Of a stretch of 64,000 nt of DNA, positions 57,773-64,000 are shown in pieces (the stretch's first letter is position 1; each line of letters starts with the position of its first letter). The translations under genes and the position numbers were made by a program. Source of the stretch: Eledone cirrhosa (taxonomy: Eukaryota); assembly GCA_964016885.1 (NCBI GenBank), contig OZ024748.1, forward strand, positions 53,816,001-53,880,000, read 5' to 3'. Under the pieces are notes generated by a model. The model was given only the letters and a program-made list of their open reading frames with translations. It was not told the DNA's origin and searched no databases.

Positions 57773-57843
57773 TATTTTATTATGCGCATTTCAAAAACAA
57801 ATATCATCATGCAATAATATTTGTGTTTTCATCAGATAAAACA
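57773..57843 (-). ncRNA. Type I hammerhead ribozyme (left arm)
   Basis: Exact reverse complement of 57958-58028. Confidence 0.85.
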
Positions 57844-57957
57844 GGAGGACATGATATGAAGGTTAAAAAACACTTGTGGATAGTTCAGTTTTAAATCAAC
57901 ATATATTTAAAACTGCACTATCCACAAGTGTTTTTTAACCTTCATATCATGTCCTCC

Positions 57958-58028
57958 TGTTTTATCTGATGAAAACACAAATATTATTGCATGATGATAT
58001 TTGTTTTTGAAATGCGCATAATAAAATA
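57958..58028 (+). ncRNA. Type I hammerhead ribozyme (right arm)
   Basis: tgttttat-CTGATGA-aaacacaaatattatt-gcat-gatgatatttgttttt-GAAA-tgcgca-TA-ataaaata. Stem I is 8 bp, stem II is about 15 bp, stem III is the palindrome ATGCGCAT, and the triplet is AUA. Confidence 0.85.
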
Positions 58029-58068
58029 CATGGAACTCTTTTAACCATCTTTTGTTCTTATATATATG

Positions 58069-58100
<32 letters not shown>

Positions 58101-58126
58101 ATGTATACACACACATGCATATACAG

Positions 58127-58169
<43 letters not shown>

Positions 58170-58257
58170 TATAGATGCCTAATCCAGTTCAGTGATGCAT
58201 GTACAGATATGCAATAGCTATTGTCAGCATGGCATCACTAATTTGTGTCCGAGATAA

Positions 58258-58670
58258 ATAATTGTTTCTACGTTAGGCACAAGGCCAGCAATTACCCAGT
58301 GCATTACTGGTACTTTATTGTATCGACCCCGTAAGGATGAAAGGCAAAGTTAACCTCGGCGGGATTTGAACTCAGAATGGCAAGGGCCGTAACACTATGC
58401 GTCAAAGCATGGCGTCCGACCCTCTACTGATACTGCCAACCCACCGAGGCACAAGGCCAGTAATTTTAGAAGAAATATTGGTTAAATCAACCTCAGTGCA
58501 TTACTGGTACTATATTTTATCGACCCCCGTAAGGATGGAAGGCAAAGATTTGTTACAAGTTTTATTTTATTTATTATATTTGTTCTGACTCTCTGCTCTC
58601 TGAGTTCAAATCCTGCTGAGGTCAACTTTGCCTTTCATCCTTTTGAGGTCAATAAAATAAAGTACCAGTA
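58258..58670. mobile_element. Family-A SINE copies (58258-58447 and 58448-58548 on minus; 58598-58670 on plus)
   Basis: Match the consensus. Confidence 0.8.
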
Positions 58671-59624
58671 CTTTATTTCCCTCTCTCTCTCTATCACTAT
58701 CTCTCTTCCTCTCATCTCATCCATCCCACTCTCTCTCACTCCACCAACATCAACACCACCACCTCTCTCTCTTTCACTCCATCCCTCTACACCCTCACCC
58801 CCAACATGACAAACTCTCACACTCCCTCTCTGCCCCACATCAACTCCCCACCACCAACATCACCACCACCACCACCACCACCAACAGCTCTCCTCCCTCC
58901 AACACCACCCTCTACATCTCTCTATCTCTCTCTCTACATCTCTCCCTCCACATCTCTCTCTCTCTCTCTCTCTCTACATCTCTCCCTCCACCAACACCAC
59001 CCTCTACATCTCTCCCTCTCTCACCAACACTACTTCTCTCTCTCTACATCCCTCTCTCCCCAACACCACCTCTCTCTCTCTACATCCCTCTCTCCCCGAC
59101 CCTGCCTCTATCTCTACATCTCTCTCTCCCCAACACCACCTCTCTCTCTCTCTCTCTACATCCCTCTCTCCCCAACACTGCCTCTCTCTCTCTCTCTCTC
59201 TACATGCCTCTCTCCCCAACACCACCTCTCTCTCTCTACATCCCTCTCTCCCCAACACCACCTCTCTCTCTCTCTCTCTCTACATCCCTCTCTCCCCAAC
59301 ACTGCCTCTCTCTCTCTCTCTACATCACTCCACCCTATCTATTCTATATCCTATTAAACTATGAAACTATTAAACTCCTCCCACTTCTCTCATCAACCCA
59401 GCCACTTCTTTATTTCATTGGCCATTACAAAATTTTAAAATGTCACTTTTAAAAATATCCCCCCCACACTACCACCTCTCTACTCCTCCTCCTCTTGTGT
59501 CCCCTCCTCTCTCTCTCTCTCTCTCTCTCTGATACAAATAGTTCCATTTTATTCCTGGTCATTATTTTCTCACTCCTCCCACCCTTGGTTCATTCCTCTT
59601 CCTTGCTCTCTTCTCTGTTCCTTA

Positions 59625-60605
59625 TCACTACCACCACTACTACCACCAACACCACCACTACTGCCTCTAATACCATCAACACTACCGCTACTACCACCAA
59701 CACCACCACTACTGCCTCTAATACCATCAACACTACCGCTACTACCACCAACACCACCACTACTGCCTCTAATACCATCAACACTACCGCTACTACCACC
59801 AACACCACCACTACTACCACCAACACCACCACTACTACCACCAATACCACCACTACTGCCTCTAATACCATCAACACCACCACTACTACCATCAACACCA
59901 CCACTACTACCTCCAATACCACCAACACTACCAATACTACCACCAACACTACCAATAGTACCATCAGCGCCACCACTACTACCATCAACACTACCACTAC
60001 TGCCTCCAATACCACCAACACTACCCATACTACCATCAACACTACCACTACTACCTTTAATACCATCATGGCTACCGATACTACCACCAACACCATCAAC
60101 ACAACCATTATTACTGCCACCACCACCACCACCACCACCACCGCCACTACCACCAACATGATAAATACAGCCACTACTACCATCACCACCACTAACACCA
60201 TCAACGCTACCATTATTACTACCAACACTACCACTACTACCATCAATACTACCACTACTACCACAAATGCCACCACCACCACCATCAATACTACCATCAA
60301 CACTACCAGTAATGCCATCAACACCACCACTACTAGCACCAATACCACCAATACTAATGTCATCAATAATACCACTACTACCATCACCATTAACACCATT
60401 ACTACCATCACCACCACCGGAAGCACCTGTACTAGCACTACCACTAACACCACCACTGCTGTCATGAACACTATCACCACTACCACCACCAACGCTAACA
60501 TCAATACCACTACCATTACCACTAACACCATCAACACTACCACTAGCACCAGCAGCATCATTTCACTGCCATCAATACCATTATCACCACCACCACCACC
60601 ACCAT
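59625..60605. repeat. (ACC/ACT/AAC) triplet low-complexity tract; a (GGT/TGT) tract lies at 62495-63110 and an A-rich tract at 61400-62460
   Basis: Direct observation. Confidence 0.9.
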
Positions 60606-63529
60606 GACACCTGCTATCACTTATTAACCTCTACATTACATCATAAACATAGCAGTCAGTGACATTAACCCATAACATACCACCGCAAACATGATCCATC
60701 GTCACCCTCACCATCACCACCACCACCACCACCACTATTTCACTACCAGAAATTCCTCTACCCCAAACCACCACTACTGCCACCACCATTCCATTAATAG
60801 AGCTATTAGCCAACCACCATCACTACCACTCAACTACTACCACTCAACCACCATCACCACATCTAAAAAATATTAAAGAGTATTTAGCCCTTAACATACC
60901 AGCCCAAGCACAACCACTACACCACCACCACCACACCACCACAAACCACACAGCGACCAATTATGTCTGCCAATTGCCAACCACCACCTACATACAGCCA
61001 CACCATCAACATACCATACCACACCTCCAATATACCACCACCGCCACCACTAATTATGGAAATTCCCATATACATGACCACCACCAAGCACCACTGCCAC
61101 CAACCTTTTCTGCCAATGAACAGCTACCAGACAGGAACGCTGACACCTTCCACCACACACCACCAGCACCCACTGGCCAGGAGGTGTGTAAACTCTTGTC
61201 AAAACACCACCACACCACCACTGCTGCCAACCTTTTCTGCTAACCACCAACCACCAACACTATCAGCCACCACCCACTGGCCACTAGTGGTGTAAACACC
61301 CATCAACACACCACCTCCACCACAACACAACCACCACCACTAACACGACCTCCACCATCATCCATTGACACCCAAGTTCCTGGAATTGTCATCTTGAAAA
61401 TCACTTCACTTTGAACAGTTAAATAAAACAAATAAACTTTGAAAAATAAACATAAACAAGTAAATAAAAGCTAACAAAAAACGTCAACAATTTTTGAAAA
61501 TAAAAAAAATAGCAAACAAAAATAGATTTAGAGTGTTAATTTTTAAAAGAAAAATCAAATTTCTAAACAGTGTAAAATATAAAAATTGAACTAAAAAAAG
61601 TCAACAACAAAATATATCAGCAATTTAAAAAAAAGACAAATGTAAGGCGTTGGTTTAAAAAAAAATTAAAAATTGAAAAAAATTAGAATTTCTAAAGAAA
61701 TAAAAAAAAACTAAATAAATAAATAAATAATTTGAAAAAGTAAAAGAAAAACATCAGGAATTAAAAAGATATTTAAAAAATAGAATTTCTAAAGAAATAA
61801 ACAATTGGAAAAAAAAATTAATAACAAAAAGCAAACAATTGAAAAAAATAAACAAAAAAATGCAAACAATTGGAAAAAATTAACAAAAAAATGCAAACAA
61901 TTGAAAAAATAAACAAAAGAATTGCAAACAATTGAAAAAATAATAAAATAAATTAAACAGTTGAAAAAAATAAACAAAATAAAAACAAAAAGTTGGCCAA
62001 TTAAAAATAAAGAAGACAAAAACAAGACAAAAAGAAATAAATATAAAGATTTTTTTTTTAAATATCAAAAATTGAAGAATAAAAATATTTAAAAATTTCT
62101 AAACAAATTTTAACAAATAAATAAATAAATAAATAAGAACAATTAAACAAAAGTAAAAAAGTAAAATAAAAGGAAAAAAAAACACATCACCAATTTTAAA
62201 AAATAAATAAAAATAAATAAAAAACGAAGAAAGCAGTTTTATTCTTTTTAAATCAAAAATTAAAAAAACATTAAATTTCTAAACAAATAAATAAATAAAT
62301 AAATAAATAAATAAATATAAACAAATAAATAAATATAAACAAATAAAACAAAATTAAAAAAAAAAAACGTCAGCAATTTTTCAAAAAGAGAAAAAATAAA
62401 TGAAAGTTTTTTAAAAAATAAATAAAAATTTAAAAAATAAATAAAATTTGTTAAAACAAATCAAACATGGAACTTCTGTTTCTTTTGTTATATCATGTTG
62501 TTGTTGTTGTGGTGATGGTGTTGTTGTTGGTGGTGGTGGTGCTGTTGTTGGTGGTGCTGTTGGTGGGGGTGGTGCTGTTGTGGTGGTGGTGGTGTTGGTG
62601 GTGGTGGTGGTGCTGTTGTTGGTGATGGTGCTGTTGGTGTTGTTGGTAGTGGTGTTGGCAGTGGTGCTGTTGTTGGTGGTGCTGTTGGTGGGGGTGGTGC
62701 TGTTGTGGTGGTGGTGGTGGTGGTGGTGGTGGTGGTGGTGCTGTTGTTGGTGATGGTGCTGTTGGTGTTGTTGGTAGTGGTGTTGGCAGTGGTGCTGTTG
62801 TTGTTGTGGTGGTGGTGTTGGTGGTGGTGCTGTTGCTGGTAGTGGTGGTGGTGTTGTTGTTGTTGGTGGTGGTGGTGTTGGTGTTGTTGGTGGTAGTGCT
62901 GTTGGTGGTGTGGTGTTGTTGTTGTTGTTGGTGGTGGTGTTGTACTGTTGGTGGTGGTGGTGATGTTGTGTTATTGGTGGTGTTGGTGGTAGTGCTGTTG
63001 GTGGTGGTGTTGTTGGTGTTGGTGGTGTTGTGTTGTGCTGTTGGTAGTGGTGTGGTGGTGGTGGTGGTGGTGCTGTGTTGTTGGCGGTGTTGGTGTTGTG
63101 TTGTTGTTGTTTTTAGGGTGCAGGGGGGAGGTTTTGTTGTTTTGTTTCTGAAAGTAGGAGGGGGAAGGTTAAAGGCAGAGTCTATATTAATTCTTTCTTT
63201 TTTTTTGTTGTTCTTTTCATTGTTGTTCTTCTTGTCATTGTTCTTTTTGTTGTTGTTCTTCTCCTTTCTGTTGTTATTGTAGTTGTTATTGTTGTTCTTA
63301 TTTGTGTTGTTGTTGTTGCTGTTCTCCTGCTTCCAGTAATCCATGTCCCATCTACCCCCTTAGTCACTGTACACCTTTATTACATGTCTGTATAAAATAG
63401 AATTAACCACCCATTAAAGTACTGGCATTGATGTAATAGATTTGCCCCCACCCCACTCCCTCCTCATCTCCTCCTCTCTCTCGAAAATTGCTGACCTTTG
63501 ACCTAAATTAGAAACCATTATTATTAGGC

Positions 63530-64000
63530 ATTTATAGCTCTTTATGTTCTGGGTTCAAATCTGTCTGAGATCAACATTGCTGTTCATTTTACTGGCAGTT
63601 GATTAAATAAGGTATCAATAAAGTACCAGGGTCGATTTAATTGACTTTTCTCCACCCTGCTCAAGTTGATGGCCTTTTGTCTCAATTAAAATCCATTATT
63701 AATTTGCAGGGTGAATTGGCGGTATCAGCAGAGCGTCGGACACCATGCTTTGCAGCATAGAGTTACGCCCCTTTCCGGTTTGAGTTCAAATCCTGCCGAA
63801 GTAAACTTTGCCTTTTATCCTTACGAGGTCAATAAAATAAAGTATCAGTAATGTACTGGGGTAATTGCTGGCCTTGTGCCAAACGTAGAATCAATTATTA
63901 ATTTGCAGGGTCATTAGAGCGTTGAACAGAATGTTTTCTGGTATTTGTCCCAACTTTCTACATATTCAGTTCAAATCTTGTCAAGATCAATTTTGCATTT
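63530..64000 (+). mobile_element. Tandem family-A SINE copies (full copy about 63706-63900)
   Basis: A/B boxes, core and (ATT)n tail. Confidence 0.8.

Larger units (their letters stand above)
57642..58065. mobile_element. ORF-less Penelope-pLTR-like fold-back element with about 165-bp arms, each carrying an intact hammerhead
   Basis: Arms 57733-57896 and 57904-58065 are near-perfect inverted copies and are flanked by (TA)n. Confidence 0.85.

Noticed and set aside
59495-60607. Mucin-like Thr-rich ORF with a hydrophobic N-terminus
   Set aside because: It starts at TTG in a CT microsatellite, the body is triplet low-complexity, and similar tracts are ubiquitous here.

Overview
AT-rich, extremely microsatellite-dense eukaryotic DNA, most consistent with intronic or intergenic sequence of an octopod cephalopod. 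That assignment is an inference from the SINE/LINE types and (TA)n density. One 200-N assembly gap lies at 32631-32830. Almost all ORFs in the supplied track are translations of simple repeats. The only convincing protein-coding frame is a young, 5'-truncated RTE-clade LINE (43830-46157) whose reverse transcriptase carries a C4-H-C3 PHD-type finger between RT motifs. The window also holds many RTE 3' fragments sharing a terminal stem-loop and (GAT)n tail, two degenerate restriction-like-endonuclease non-LTR remnants, about 20 copies of a tRNA-headed SINE, a second SINE type and two MITE types. The most notable unannotated signal is a set of short (100-400 bp) non-coding islands between (TA)n tracts. 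They carry type I hammerhead ribozyme folds, at least six with an intact catalytic core, from several unrelated sequence families. Many are arranged as fold-back palindromes whose turn-points fall at or inside the ribozyme. This resembles ORF-less Penelope-like pLTR or retrozyme-like elements. A few candidate host exons on the minus strand are speculative.
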